This document shows, one piece after another, positions 51,184 through 64,000 of a DNA stretch of 64,000 nucleotides. The stretch comes from Octopus bimaculoides (taxonomy: Eukaryota), in contig NC_068983.1 in assembly GCF_001194135.2 (NCBI RefSeq), positions 63,167,880 through 63,231,879 on the forward strand, read 5' to 3'. The position numbers were made by a program, and so were the translations under genes. The notes beneath the pieces are model-generated. The model saw only the letters and a list, made by a program, of their open reading frames with translations, was not told the origin of the DNA and ran no database searches. How positions within the stretch are numbered: position 1 is the stretch's first letter; each line of letters opens with the position of its first letter.

Positions 51184-51949
51184 TACATTGCATTCAAAAT
51201 TAATTGAAACAAAAGCAGTTTAATTTAACTGAAATATAGTAACAAAAGTGTTAATACTATTCTTTTCAATATTTTTGACTTTGTTAGCTAATAAAAAAAA
51301 TTACCGACTGACTCCGTACCGAAAAAAATTTTTTATGTTATTAAAATTATAAAGTTAGTCAAAAGATATTAATAACTATTGTTTACCCTGTTTCATCAAC
51401 ATTACTTGTGTATAACATAGTCACGTATAACCATTTTCCTTTTTAAAAATGATCAAGCGCTAGTATGGATTTACTATAGCTTTCAATTATATTGGCTCAC
51501 TGATTTACTTGCAGCGTATAAGAGTAAGAAGCATTGATTTAATATCTGAAATGTTCCAAATATATGAAGTGACTTTTGATAACCAGTAAAACAGTAAGTT
51601 CATATTTTTCACTTGTTACTTTATCATTTAAATATCTATAAAATGTATCGGAGTTTAGTGTTTTGCTCGTAATAAACGCCCTATATTTTAATTGAGGATT
51701 GTGTCATATGTATCCTTTCCCCAAATGTTTAAGTAACTCATGAAAGTAACTTCAGGTTGTTAGGATTTGCAGTACATACCGATTCAAAAAGTTGTACATT
51801 GTATAAAGAATAAAAACTAGAATCTCAATGATTTTTCTTTTTAGATAAATTTTTCGCGTATCACAGCAAGCACCATAAAGTAGTAAATTACAGGCCCATT
51901 CGAGTGATATTTGTTTCAATTCTTTATATTCTTTATATTTCGGCTTTGC

Positions 51950-52200
51950 TTTCCATCCTATTGGGTCGATAGTACAGCACTCTAAGGCGACGGATATGTG
52001 AAAGTGTTCGAGCGCTGGACATAATGCGTTGTGATATTTGCCCCAGATATTTTTTTTATGTTCCGAGTAGCCAGGCAGGTGTGGCAAACATATTTGTGTC
52101 AAGCCGACCAAGTGTCTTATTACGTACTCGCTTGTCAAGGAAGTTACCAGAGGTCGTTCGTGGTGTGGTGGAGCACGAAAGAAAAACAAGCACCTCATAA
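51950..52200 (+). mobile_element. Possible L1-clade zf-RVT remnant
   Basis: RCDICPR, DIFFMFRVARQVW and VVWWSTKEK resemble C..C...H.FF.C..AR.VW and RVVIWTTR.K. Confidence 0.3.
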
Positions 52201-52449
52201 TAAAACTAGAATCTGCCGAGGTCTTATGTTTTACTAAAATACTATAAAGCAGCTAAATATTCTAAATAATATATCCTGCCATTTTGAAAAAGATATCAAA
52301 ATAATGAAGTCCTCGTTACTTTATCTCTGAAAACAAGATGAAATGTTCACATCTCGAATGTTTTCGACTAATTATCATCTATTAGGGCTACTTTGCCTTG
52401 AACAACAAGAGCTAGTATCTGATGAGCCAACTAGGAAACTTCTGTGCAA

Positions 52450-52750
52450 AATAACCAGTTCTGATTTAATTTGTAGAGAACCCGATATCCAAAAACACGA
52501 GATAGATGACACAACCGAAACGTCTTCAATTACAGGTCACCATCATGACAGGCTAAAGGTCATGATCTGCAACTAGATTCCAAGGAAACTCTTTGCTGGA
52601 GTTTGTGTTGGCAAAAACCCAGTTTTCTAAAGAAGAGTCATAACCGGAAAGTCAGAACTCACCTCTCCTCAAAATACATGACTATGTCTTTGTCAGATGC
52701 AAAGTCTCTCTAGCTTTAACGAAGCTAACATTGGAAATGGATTAAAGGAC
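52450..52750 (+). mobile_element. RTE-type APE endonuclease C-terminal fragment
   Basis: QGNSLLEFVLAKTQFSKEES..LLKIHDYVFVR resembles GN.LLEF..L...NT.F..IDYV.VR. Confidence 0.45.
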
Positions 52751-52824
52751 TTCTGTTAGCAATTGAAACCTTGAAGAGTTCTTAGTTTATGACAGGGAAG
52801 TGCTGATATACACCTGTACAGGTA

Positions 52825-53450
52825 CGAAATCTAATCAATAAGTATCCGGACTATTGCCATAGTAACGAAGCCAAAGCACACAGAGTGAAGCTGCTTGGCA
52901 CATATTGACCTTGATCTCTGTTGTGCATGTGTACTAAGTTTTAGCATTCTAGCTTACTTCCGCTATGTACAGCAGTACTTCGAAGTAACGTGTGTAACGT
53001 GTGATTGTCGCATTTACTATGACAGAGAAAGTTGTCATGGCGATACCTTCTCAGAGGCCTACGCAAAGTTACAGAAAGTGTATGGAGTGAATTGTATGAG
53101 CTAAGTGTACGAGTGGTTCGGACATTTCCAAGATGGCCGAAAAATGTCGATAATGACAAGTGTTGTGGGAGATCTGCAGCCAGCAGAACTGAGAAAAAAA
53201 TCGCAGATGCGCATGCAGGTGTGAGGGGAAATCGTCGAATGACCCTCCGTGAGTTATCATAGGATATGCCGATTAGTTACGGTTCAGACCAGTCCATTAT
53301 CACCGAAGATTTGCGTATGAGATATGTGCCTGCTAAGTTTGTGGCAAAACTGCTTTCAGCTGACTAAAAAGACACTCGGGTTTCAGTTGCATAAGATCTT
53401 TATTGTATCGAAAACGATGAAAGCCTTTTGAAAACTTTGCATACAATTGT
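52825..53450 (+). mobile_element. mariner (irritans-like) 5' TIR and transposase N-terminus, decayed
   Basis: ta|cgaaatctaatcaataagtatccggact terminus; EAYAKLQKVYG..VYEWFGHFQDGR, NRRMTLREL, EDLRMRYVPAKFVAKLLS. Confidence 0.85.
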
Positions 53451-53845
53451 TGCGTGGATACCCACCCAGCCAGCAAAAAATCTTATATGGACCCCTGTTG
53501 AGAATAACTGATTCTAGATGATTGCATAGAAGTTGTACGATATACAGATATTCAAACATACAAATAATCTTCTATGGATTGCATCTTTAATTAACATTAT
53601 TTTCATTTAAGTAGCCCTATTCTTAATGAACTATGCACTCTGTGGTGACTCTCCCTCTCTCTTACAAATCTTAATGTGTATGTCCATGTAAGGAGGCAAC
53701 GATGTTTTAGACTATTCTGTCTTCGTTATAAGATGAGGAAAGCTATAAAAGAAAATAAAAACAAAATACCATGTATATACTGCAGTTGAGAAATTTAATA
53801 AAAATTCTCTTCAGCGTCACAAAGATATTTTCCGAGAGTATTAAA

Positions 53846-54132
53846 AGTGGCTGTATGGTAAGTAGCTTCCTTACCAACCACATGGTTCCGGGTTCAGTCT
53901 CACTGCGTGGCACCTTGGGCAAGTGTTTTCTACTATAGGCAAGTGTTTTCAACTTCGCTTGACAACCGATGGTGGTGTGTTTACGTCCCCGTAACTTAGC
54001 TGTTCGGCAAAAAGTGACCGATAGAATAAGTACTAGGCTTACAAAGAATAAGTCCCGGGGTCGATTTGCTCGACTAAAGGCAGTGCTCCAGCATGGCCGC
54101 AGTCAAATGACTGAAACAAGTAAAAGAGTAGA
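53846..54132 (+). mobile_element. SINE family B with internal deletion
   Basis: The head to ccttgggcaagtgttttctactata is followed by a repeated ggcaagtgttttc, then directly by cgcttgacaaccgat..tail. The middle and the microsatellite are missing. Confidence 0.9.
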
Positions 54133-54887
54133 ATATTCTAATCTTTTTTTGTTTTTTATATTTCTTTTTTTTTTTACAATAATTGACCTTGCTATCATTC
54201 CCACTCTAAGTCAGATTCAAAGTATACCAAGGACAGCTAACAATCAGACGTGCACAGGAGGATGCGGGTTGAAAATTAGAATAGCAATGTGATATTGTCA
54301 TGTTAACGATATTTAATAGATATGCATTTCGTTTAAAGTTATAAATTACACCAACAGCGCACAGAACTTTCTAATTAGTTACTAAGTTCATCGATCCATA
54401 GACTGATTCACTTTTCAAACACTACATTTCCAGCATTGTGTATAATAATTAAGGACAAACTTTGCAACATAATCAATTTGTTAGTCATTAATATTACGCA
54501 CTTCTTTAGGATTGATTAATTAAAGAGACATACATTAATGGAATGAATAGAAGCTAATGTCTCAAAGCATAAAATTTAATACCTCAGGCAATGGAATAAC
54601 ATCATTTCTAGTTTCATTAAACCACGTAACGAGTATGAGGCAAAAAAAAAATTGATGACATCCAGCGAAGCATACAAACACACTCAACTCACAAACATAT
54701 AAACATATACGCACGCAGTTATTGGTTCAATATATGGAATATATGCAATATATGGAATATATGCAATATATGGAATAGATATATATTTTATTCACCTTAA
54801 TTCGAGCAGTGCGGATAATACCGGACTGACTTGGTGCTTCAACTTAAGTACCAAATTCAACTGAATCTTAATTACTTAACTCGTCAA

Positions 54888-54975
<88 letters not shown>

Positions 54976-55425
54976 ATGTATGTCACGTAATCACATGACC
55001 AACCGTCTCAATAAACTTCTATTGTTACTGAAAGTTGTTTTTTTTATATTCACTACGGGTTGCTCGAAGCTAACTTTCTTCTTTCACCTCGATCCGTGAA
55101 TAGTCTCGATCGAGGCTATTCATATTGATATTCTTCGATGACACATCAAACTTTTCCTAATTGACTACCAAGAACTCATCCTAACTAAGATTTATTCGTA
55201 CGTGCCGTGCAGAATAGAATGATCAGCTCTAACTGTTTCTTCGTGTCGTACATATTGCCTAAATACAGATTCAGTCAGATAATAGAAAACGTAAGAGTGA
55301 CATAAATTATCCTCTCCCCTGCACATCCGTAGTGTTGGCATTTATTCAGCAGAACGGACAAGACGTTCACTGCAAGGACGAACAGCAGTACGAACAAAAT
55401 ATTATTGATATTAACCTGTAATATT

Positions 55426-55810
55426 CAGGGGACACCAAATTTTTTTCACGGCGGGCCAAATATCTGAGAGAACGACGAGCGCGGGCCACATAACTATTTT
55501 GTTTATTACAATACAGTGAATACTCAAAAAATAAAGATAACCAACATATTCATTTACCAAATAGTTATCAACGGTGACGTTAGCTATAAGATAGTTATAT
55601 CACACCCAGTGTGCACATATCCGAATCTCACAAACTAAGCAGCAAAAAGGGTTAATGACGTTTATGAAACTGCTGTTTAGCCTTTAAGATATCATCAATA
55701 TTTGCTTTGGAATTGCTGCATACAACCAAGAGAATTGCTTTCAAAAGTTCATCGGGCAACCTCGTTCGATGTGCTGATTTCACAATAATTTCGATTTGTG
55801 GGAGATTTGG
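55426..55810 (-). mobile_element. hAT (Charlie-like) transposon 3' end with TIR
   Basis: IIVKSAHRTRLPDELLKAILLV.CSNSKANIDDILKAKQQFHKRH* is the hAT dimerisation tail. Terminus caggggacaccaaat..gcgggcc..cgcgggccac. Confidence 0.8.
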
Positions 55811-56608
55811 TTGCTTTTTCGAGCTAAATGGACAACGTTGGTTATTGTTGTTGCTAATCATATTGCTGCTGGTCTTTTTTCAATTGTCACTGTCTTTTAG
55901 CTCAAGGTATTGAAACCATTAAGGAGCTATTTAAACCTATTTCAAATGGTTCTTAACATGCTTCAATACGTACTATATACTTTTGATTCCTTTGAGGTCT
56001 TTTATTCTTTATTTCATTTCTTTCGTTTTATTTCTATTTTCTGATAGCGTTTCATGTACGATTCTGTTTTATTAATTATAATTTGACACTTAATAATTAT
56101 CTTGTGATATCATTTAACGGATTTCTATGCATGTTTATTACCATTGAGTTTATAAATGCCTTCTGGCATTTGAACTTTTCACTTTGAATTCTTCATTTCA
56201 CCATCACCAACACGATTTACTATTATTCTGAGTCTGCTAATTTTACCATTTTCTACAATAACTTCGACAGTTTTCTTCTGCCAACAATTTTACGCCACTC
56301 CCTCTACATTTAATAATTTCTCTTCTTGTCTGTTGTTGAGTGTAATCTAAACTTTGCGTGATGACATGAATTGACTGGAGATGATCACTTGTCTTTGTGT
56401 CTTATTTATTTATATTACGTTGAATATGATGGACAATAGCAACGTTCGTTGCAAACTTCAAAGGATTAATCACTGGTCCTTAAAATCTTTCACGGCAAGA
56501 ACCAGAAGGGTGCGTCTATGTAAACCGACGTGTAATAAAGAATGTTGTTTACATAGTTTCCTGTCATATATCATCTAAAGATACTCTCCCTTTCTCTCTG
56601 TATCTCTC

Positions 56609-56648
<40 letters not shown>

Positions 56649-56889
56649 ACTCACTCTCTCTCTCACTCACTTACTCTCTCTCTCTCACACACACACGTGT
56701 GTGCGAGTGGAATTAATACTACGCACACATAAGTTCTGCAAAGTACATGTAAGCCTGCGTTAACGAAGTATCATTCACTCAAGCTGCTTAACAGTAATTA
56801 AAAGTTCAATCTGAAATATAATGGAAGCAATCAATTTCACATACCCGACAAACATGTTTTGGTGCTGCATTCACTCGTAATGCCTATTG

Positions 56890-57015
56890 TTTACAGTGTT
56901 GCATTCACGATAGCTAGATTGTGGTTTCGGTATCCAGACCGTCGCTCTAGTTCATTCAACCGCAAATGGGTAACCTTGCGACGGACTGGCGTCCAGTCCA
57001 GAGAGAATGTTGGCC
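56890..57015 (+). mobile_element. V-SINE-like tRNA-derived SINE remnant (family D)
   Basis: Head gtgttgcattcacgat..gtttcggtatccagacc plus V-domain-like aaccttgcgacggactggcgtccagtccag. Confidence 0.55.
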
Positions 57016-57147
57016 TGCACGGCTTGCCTGCGGCATAGCATCATTCGAAAGCAAGAACAAAGCGAGGAAGCGCTTTGTGACCAGCTGTATATAAAAAAAG
57101 TAATATGTGTGTATGTATGTGTGTATGTATGTATGTATGTATGTATG

Positions 57148-57206
<59 letters not shown>

Positions 57207-57699
57207 ATGTGTGTATGTATGTTTTGCAGGCACGTGCCGTCAATAATTACTGAGGGTAAGCAGTTGGTGACCGTTATGTAGTAAAACGCACAAAAGATAA
57301 GCGAAACACACCCGCGTGACTGAGTTGCAGGCAGATTTACTTCTGCCTTTATAGCACATAAAGAAAACGTTGTTGTAGGAATGTACGCAGCAGGTGTACT
57401 ACAGCAGTACTATGCACAGCTTAAATACTGAGATTGAAAGGCAGGGGTGAATTATTCCTACCTAATCTACAGAAAAATAAATTATTTTGCATTTTATGCA
57501 TAGTAATCAGAGTAACCTTCATAATTTTATTGAATTAGGTGCATATTTTTCCATGAGAGAAAAATGTTGCTATCGAACTATTTTATTCAAGGTAGGCACT
57601 ATCTTCCTTGCCTACCTAGGCGGCACGTCTATGAGATATTGTTAGTGTATCATATATCCGAAAAAGAAGCACACTGAAAGTATACTTGATGCCATCAAT

Positions 57700-57960
57700 T
57701 GATGTATTCTAAGCCACCTTTCCTTCTCTTCCCATTTTCCCTCTATGTTTCTTTCTCCATACCTCACTTTATCCCAATTACCATGTCTCCCATTGAACCT
57801 ATATATCTATAAACACGGTCTTGCACTACTCTGTTAGCCAGAATCTTCTGATGAGGATTATAAAACGTTCGTGTTATTCCAGTAACCTACTGTATTATGG
57901 CTTTTATTACATAATGAACATGGATATGGCATTAATCATGGTTTATCCGAAACAACTGAA
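57700..57960 (+). mobile_element. Possible Penelope-like terminal region
   Basis: Pyrimidine tract, ctatatatctataaacac..cactact, then ctgatgagg..aaacgttcg, a layout recalled from PLE termini. Weak. Confidence 0.3.
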
Positions 57961-59023
57961 AAGATAGCCTATTACATCATTATTATTTGTAATCCTTAAA
58001 TGGCGAGAAAAGGCTTCATGAACGTGTGTACCAAATGGGTAAATCCAAAAACGTCTTTATTTTTGTTAAGGATAATTGTATATTTGTTTTCAATTTAAAT
58101 AAATACAAAAGCTATAAAATATTTAACTCTCTTAGATTATAAAAAGATAAAAGGAAATCATTTGAATATAAATTCATTTGAGATTTCCGCATTCTTGTTG
58201 TCAAATGAATGTACAAATTTTTAAAAAATCGGTGCCTCTTTCCATCCACAATTAGTTGAAGCAACACTTTCTTCTTTGCCATCTAGAACCTCACCATCAT
58301 CATCTCTATCTACCTCATCTGATGCCGAAGGAAGGTCAGAAAAAACTTCATTGCAATACAAAATATACCATTTGCGACTCGATGTATCCCTTCAATAAGT
58401 GCCGCTTACGTCCAGGCGCATTTGACGGAATAGACGCTTGGATGTCAAGCAATTATGACCGTAGCCATTAAAATTTTGAAATATCCCTTGATGACGTCAG
58501 CTGTCCTGAAATAAAACATCAATTGGTGATGCTCGCCGTTTAGGGGTAAAATATATCTTCTGTGCAAATACTTCGGCTTGTTTTTTCCAAATATTCTCTC
58601 CTTGTGGAATTCACCATCTTTATATCACTATATCCTTTGGTCGTAAATCTTATAGATCGGGGTTGATCTAAGACTAAACAGTAACAGTAATAGCAGCAGC
58701 AACCATTTTAACCACTACTGCTCCTAACGCCATTACAGCCACAACCACTATCATCATTACAACTAATACCATCCTCACCGTCATCGGCATCATGACATCA
58801 TTTTTACCATCATGGTCGTCGTCGTTTTCATCATCGTCATTATCATTTTCACTTTCCATCTGTATCTGCATCACTAACATCATCATCTCTATATCTTTCC
58901 TTCCACCATAAATGTCTTAAACGCTGTCACGTGCTTGCATTTGTCTCGGTTGCCTTTCAAAGTGCGTCACCTTACTGCTTTTTTTTGTTTTGTTTTTGTC
59001 AGTTTCTTACCATGGATATATAT

Positions 59024-59070
<47 letters not shown>

Positions 59071-59073
<3 letters not shown>

Positions 59074-59327
59074 TATTTTGTTTAAAAGAGTTCCAACACT
59101 GTCTGTTTTTATGTTTTATTTATATTCCTGCAAAACCAATGTGGGATATAGAATATGGAATATACAATATATAATATAAAATAAAAATGGATGGTACTAT
59201 GAAATAAAGTATTGAATGTCTTATTGAATATATGGAATATGTCTTATTGAATAGATGAAATATTGAGTGTTCAATATAAAGGATTAAATATATAAAGGCG
59301 AATACGTATTTTCTATACCTTGTGGTA
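59071..59327. repeat. Inverted copy of the 628-848 repeat
   Basis: Reverse-complement alignment, with an extra internal duplication atgtcttattgaata at about 59217-59255. Confidence 0.85.
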
Positions 59328-60308
59328 NNNNNNNNNNNNNNNNNNNNNNNNNNNNNNNNNNNNNNNNNNNNNNNNNNNNNNNNNNNNNNNNNNNNNNNNN
59401 NNNNNNNNNNNNNNNNNNNNNNNNNNNNNNNNNNNNNNNNNNNNNNNNNNNNNNNNNNNNNNNNNNNNNNNNNNNNNNNNNNNNNNNNNNNNNNNNNNNN
59501 NNNNNNNNNNNNNNNNNNNNNNNNNNNNNNNNNNNNNNNNNNNNNNNNNNNNNNNNNNNNNNNNNNNNNNNNNNNNNNNNNNNNNNNNNNNNNNNNNNNN
59601 NNNNNNNNNNNNNNNNNNNNNNNNNNNNNNNNNNNNNNNNNNNNNNNNNNNNNNNNNNNNNNNNNNNNNNNNNNNNNNNNNNNNNNNNNNNNNNNNNNNN
59701 NNNNNNNNNNNNNNNNNNNNNNNNNNNNNNNNNNNNNNNNNNNNNNNNNNNNNNNNNNNNNNNNNNNNNNNNNNNNNNNNNNNNNNNNNNNNNNNNNNNN
59801 NNNNNNNNNNNNNNNNNNNNNNNNNNNNNNNNNNNNNNNNNNNNNNNNNNNNNNNNNNNNNNNNNNNNNNNNNNNNNNNNNNNNNNNNNNNNNNNNNNNN
59901 NNNNNNNNNNNNNNNNNNNNNNNNNNNNNNNNNNNNNNNNNNNNNNNNNNNNNNNNNNNNNNNNNNNNNNNNNNNNNNNNNNNNNNNNNNNNNNNNNNNN
60001 NNNNNNNNNNNNNNNNNNNNNNNNNNNNNNNNNNNNNNNNNNNNNNNNNNNNNNNNNNNNNNNNNNNNNNNNNNNNNNNNNNNNNNNNNNNNNNNNNNNN
60101 NNNNNNNNNNNNNNNNNNNNNNNNNNNNNNNNNNNNNNNNNNNNNNNNNNNNNNNNNNNNNNNNNNNNNNNNNNNNNNNNNNNNNNNNNNNNNNNNNNNN
60201 NNNNNNNNNNNNNNNNNNNNNNNNNNNNNNNNNNNNNNNNNNNNNNNNNNNNNNNNNNNNNNNNNNNNNNNNNNNNNNNNNNNNNNNNNNNNNNNNNNNN
60301 NNNNNNNN

Positions 60309-60347
<39 letters not shown>

Positions 60348-60617
60348 CACATCACCATGGATATTTCCCTAAAGCTGTACTTTTATTTAATTATTTTTCT
60401 TTTTTTTTCTTTTGTGGTAAAGGGATAACTTTCCTGCAATATTTTTTACCTTTTTCAGTTTTAAGATAATGCAATATTTCATAAAACTTGTTCCTCCTGT
60501 ATTGTCTTCACACAACAGACACACACATATTCGTACGTGCATGTATTTGTGTGTATGTATGTACGTACGTAGGTATGTACGTATGTATGTATGTACGTAT
60601 GCATGTATGTATGTATG

Positions 60618-60648
<31 letters not shown>

Positions 60649-61203
60649 TGTATGTATGTATGTATGTATGTAAATTCATGCAAGAGAAAAGTCAATTGAC
60701 CAAGATTATGCAATTTCCGTCTACATAATTTCACGCACAAAATATTAGCCAACTCGGGCGTTGATTGGATTTGCTTTCCCAAAGGTGTCACTGAATGGAA
60801 TCGAACCGGAAACCATGTGGTATAAAGTATATTCACTGAGTTTCACATATACGTGTAATCCTATTCTAATTCTTCGTAATATATACGTGTAATCCTATTA
60901 TATGTGTGTAATCCTATTTTAATCCTCAGTAATAGCTTAACCTCGAACTACTCACGTTTAAGTATTTGTTATCTAGCTTGTTCGGTGTTAAGCTGCAATT
61001 GCGTTCTTAGAGGTTGCAGAGACATAGAATAAGAAAATGAAAGACAAGAGAGAGAGAGAAAGAGAAGCATGAGGGAAAGAAGAGTGTTAATATATCCATG
61101 TTGATAAGGTAGCTTAAGCAAAGATGTCATGAAGAACAAGATTCTAAACCATTTGCTGGTCAGTGAAAAAAATCTTCATAATGTTTGTGTATTATGGTTG
61201 TTT

Positions 61204-61277
<74 letters not shown>

Positions 61278-61360
61278 NNNNNNNNNNNNNNNNNNNNNNN
61301 NNNNNNNNNNNNNNNNNNNNNNNNNNNNNNNNNNNNNNNNNNNNNNNNNNNNNNNNNNNN

Positions 61361-61426
<66 letters not shown>

Positions 61427-61549
61427 TACAACAACACACGCATTTGATTGACTTTTCTGAAGAAGTTCCATGTTCAATCTTACAGCGTTTTTCCTTCTCC
61501 ATGTGTCTTTTACTATAGCCTCCGGTTTAACATATTTTGAGAGCGAGGC

Positions 61550-61740
61550 AACTGTTAAGGTACATGGCCAGTTGGTTGGGGTGTTGCACAAACGATCACG
61601 AGATTGTTGTTTCGATTCCCAGACTGGCGGTGAGTTGTGTTCTTGAGCAAAACACTTAATTTCACATTGCTGTAGTCCACTCAGCTGTAAATTGGCAACT
61701 GCGAGGTATTGGCATGCCATTCAAGGAGTCATGTTGCTCT
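61550..61740 (+). mobile_element. SINE family D remnant
   Basis: tggccagttggttggggtgttgcac..gtttcgattcccagac..gtgttcttgagcaaaacactt..cactcagctg. Confidence 0.65.
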
Positions 61741-63915
61741 GTCCACCTAATCAATGGATTAGCATCACTCGAAAGTTACAACAATGCGAGAAAGCGCATG
61801 GAGACCAGCCGTGTTTAGCAACAACCAATAGTCTGCTCATATACAATGATATAGACAAATGCACATACATCAAAAGTCATACAGCATAAATTTTGGATTT
61901 ATTAAAATCATTTCCGCCTTTAGGAGATGTGTCATAATTATCAAGTGACAATTAAGACAAACTCCAGATTAGAAAGGGAGATAATTTCAAGAATCAATAA
62001 TTTCTCCAGAGTTGGCCTGCTATTATGAAACAGGGCGTGTGAGCGTGCGTGCATGCTATACTTACGATAGGCTTCTATGTAAGACCGGTAATAAATTTCA
62101 CTACAAGTCGAGTTACAGTACCACATTGTGCTGTTGAACCCGTTATCATATGGTCAAGTATCGAAATTCTTAACAACATAGTAATGTGTGATTACTTGTG
62201 TGTATAAATCAAATTCTAGAAATAAAAAAAAAACATAGCTAATCAATTATTGTTGATGTCTGTTATCCATTTAATGTCTTTTATCCATTTAAAACATTAA
62301 CTTTTATTGTGGCTATATTTTACCGGTGGCAATATAAATTCAGATTGTGAATCCCCAAAGAAATCACTATTAACTGCACTAAATTAGCTACGGATTAAGG
62401 TATGTTCTTTTTAAAATCATCTATTTCACCGTGTTTACGAAATCAGTGACAGTATCAAAGCTTGGTTCAAAGGTTTCGTATCGCCAGGGGAAAATCTTAC
62501 CGTTAAAATTGTCTAAAGCCATCACTGAATATCGTGTCTCATCGATTTTATCACACTGTAATCAAGAAATCTCGAAATGTTATTTTACTTCATTTTAGTG
62601 CGTATGCACATGCATACATACATACATACATACATATATACATACACATATAGATATGCATGTATATATACGCACACACATATACATGTATATACATACA
62701 TATATATACATACATATGTACATACATGCATGCATATATATATATATNNNNNNNNNNNNNNNNNNNNNNNNNNNNNNNNNNNNNNNNNNNNNNNNNNNNN
62801 NNNNNNNNNNNNNNNNNNNNNNNNNNNNNNNNNNNNNNNNNNNNNNNNNNNNNNNNNNNNNNNNNNNNNNNNNNNNNNNNNNNNNNNNNNNNNNNNNNNN
62901 NNNNNNNNNNNNNNNNNNNNNNNNNNNNNNNNNNNNNNNNNNNNNNNNNNNNNNNNNNNNNNNNNNNNNNNNNNNNNNNNNNNNNNNNNNNNNNNNNNNN
63001 NNNNNNNNNNNNNNNNNNNNNNNNNNNNNNNNNNNNNNNNNNNNNNNNNNNNNNNNNNNNNNNNNNNNNNNNNNNNNNNNTATATATATACAGTTTCAAC
63101 AGAATAACACGAGGGAAATAAATCAGGGTATATACGTTCAAATAAACATGTATATTCGGCGTGCCTTTTCTCTACTTATATATATTACGGCTCTGAAATT
63201 TAATCTTTCTATTTCCATGAAGAAACATTCACATTTTATCCACAACATATTTATTGTCGTCACTAATACTTCATATACAAATACAAACGCACGCGCGCAC
63301 ACACACATATGTATGTGTGAATGAATGTATGTATGTACGTATGTATGCATTTATGTATACACATGTATGTATGTATGTGTGTATGTATGTATGTATACAC
63401 ATGCAATGTTATTATTAAAATTCTCCATTTGAAATTTATATCTTCGAAAAGCCAGTGCACAGTCTTAACTGCAAAATACAGAAAATAATTTAATCATATA
63501 TTGTTTCATATTTTCTTTATTTTTCAATACTACTAAAATATTCAGGTTTTATAAATCACATTGTTTTTCATAACAATGTTTAAATATTCCAACTTTCATA
63601 ACAATTTAGAGTCCGATTCGTAGAACAAAATATGCTTGAAATATCAAGAAATTTAAATACAAGAATAATTTTCATCCTTCCCAATACTGGAACGATGCAT
63701 AAACTTTATGAACATATGATCTCTGAATGAGGTATTTTAATAACGAGAGCCTTCCTATATATGCTGTCCAAATATTTTGTGGAACATACACTTGTCTCTC
63801 GATATTGTTAGCGATTCTGGTACAGCATTTTAAGTAAACATGATTTGATATCGTTATTCAGACTGTACAGGGATTTATATTTTCTCCATATATATGTGTG
63901 TGTGTGTGTGTGTGT

Positions 63916-64000
<85 letters not shown>

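Noticed and set aside
52420-52445. ctgatgagccaactaggaaac hammerhead-like string
   Set aside because: Helix II cannot close, and it lies next to an RTE endonuclease-like remnant.

Overview
AT-rich eukaryotic genomic DNA with about 13 N-gaps (roughly 3.8 kb), saturated with TA/TG/GA/GATA/TATG/ATT microsatellites and decayed transposons. The SINE and LINE families look like those of octopus (cephalopod) genomes; this taxon call is recalled pattern recognition, not a database hit. I find no intact protein-coding gene, rRNA, true tRNA or CRISPR array. Almost all long ORFs in the supplied track are microsatellite or N-gap artefacts. The real coding-like segments are remnants of CR1, RTE, L1/Tx1 and REL-endonuclease (R4/Dong-, HERO-like) LINEs, Tc1, mariner and hAT transposases, and possibly Penelope, DIRS and piggyBac elements. 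At least four tRNA-derived SINE families and several MITEs are also present. I cannot support a wholly new system. The best leads are: a 3' stem-loop shared by two CR1 LINEs and a SINE; RTE tails ending in C2H2 zinc fingers; two near-perfect fold-back elements; a same-strand stack of L1/Tx1 ends; weak signs of a minus-strand host gene; and two reading frames broken only by TGA/TAG stops. All protein assignments come from manual translation and remembered motifs, and boundaries are approximate.
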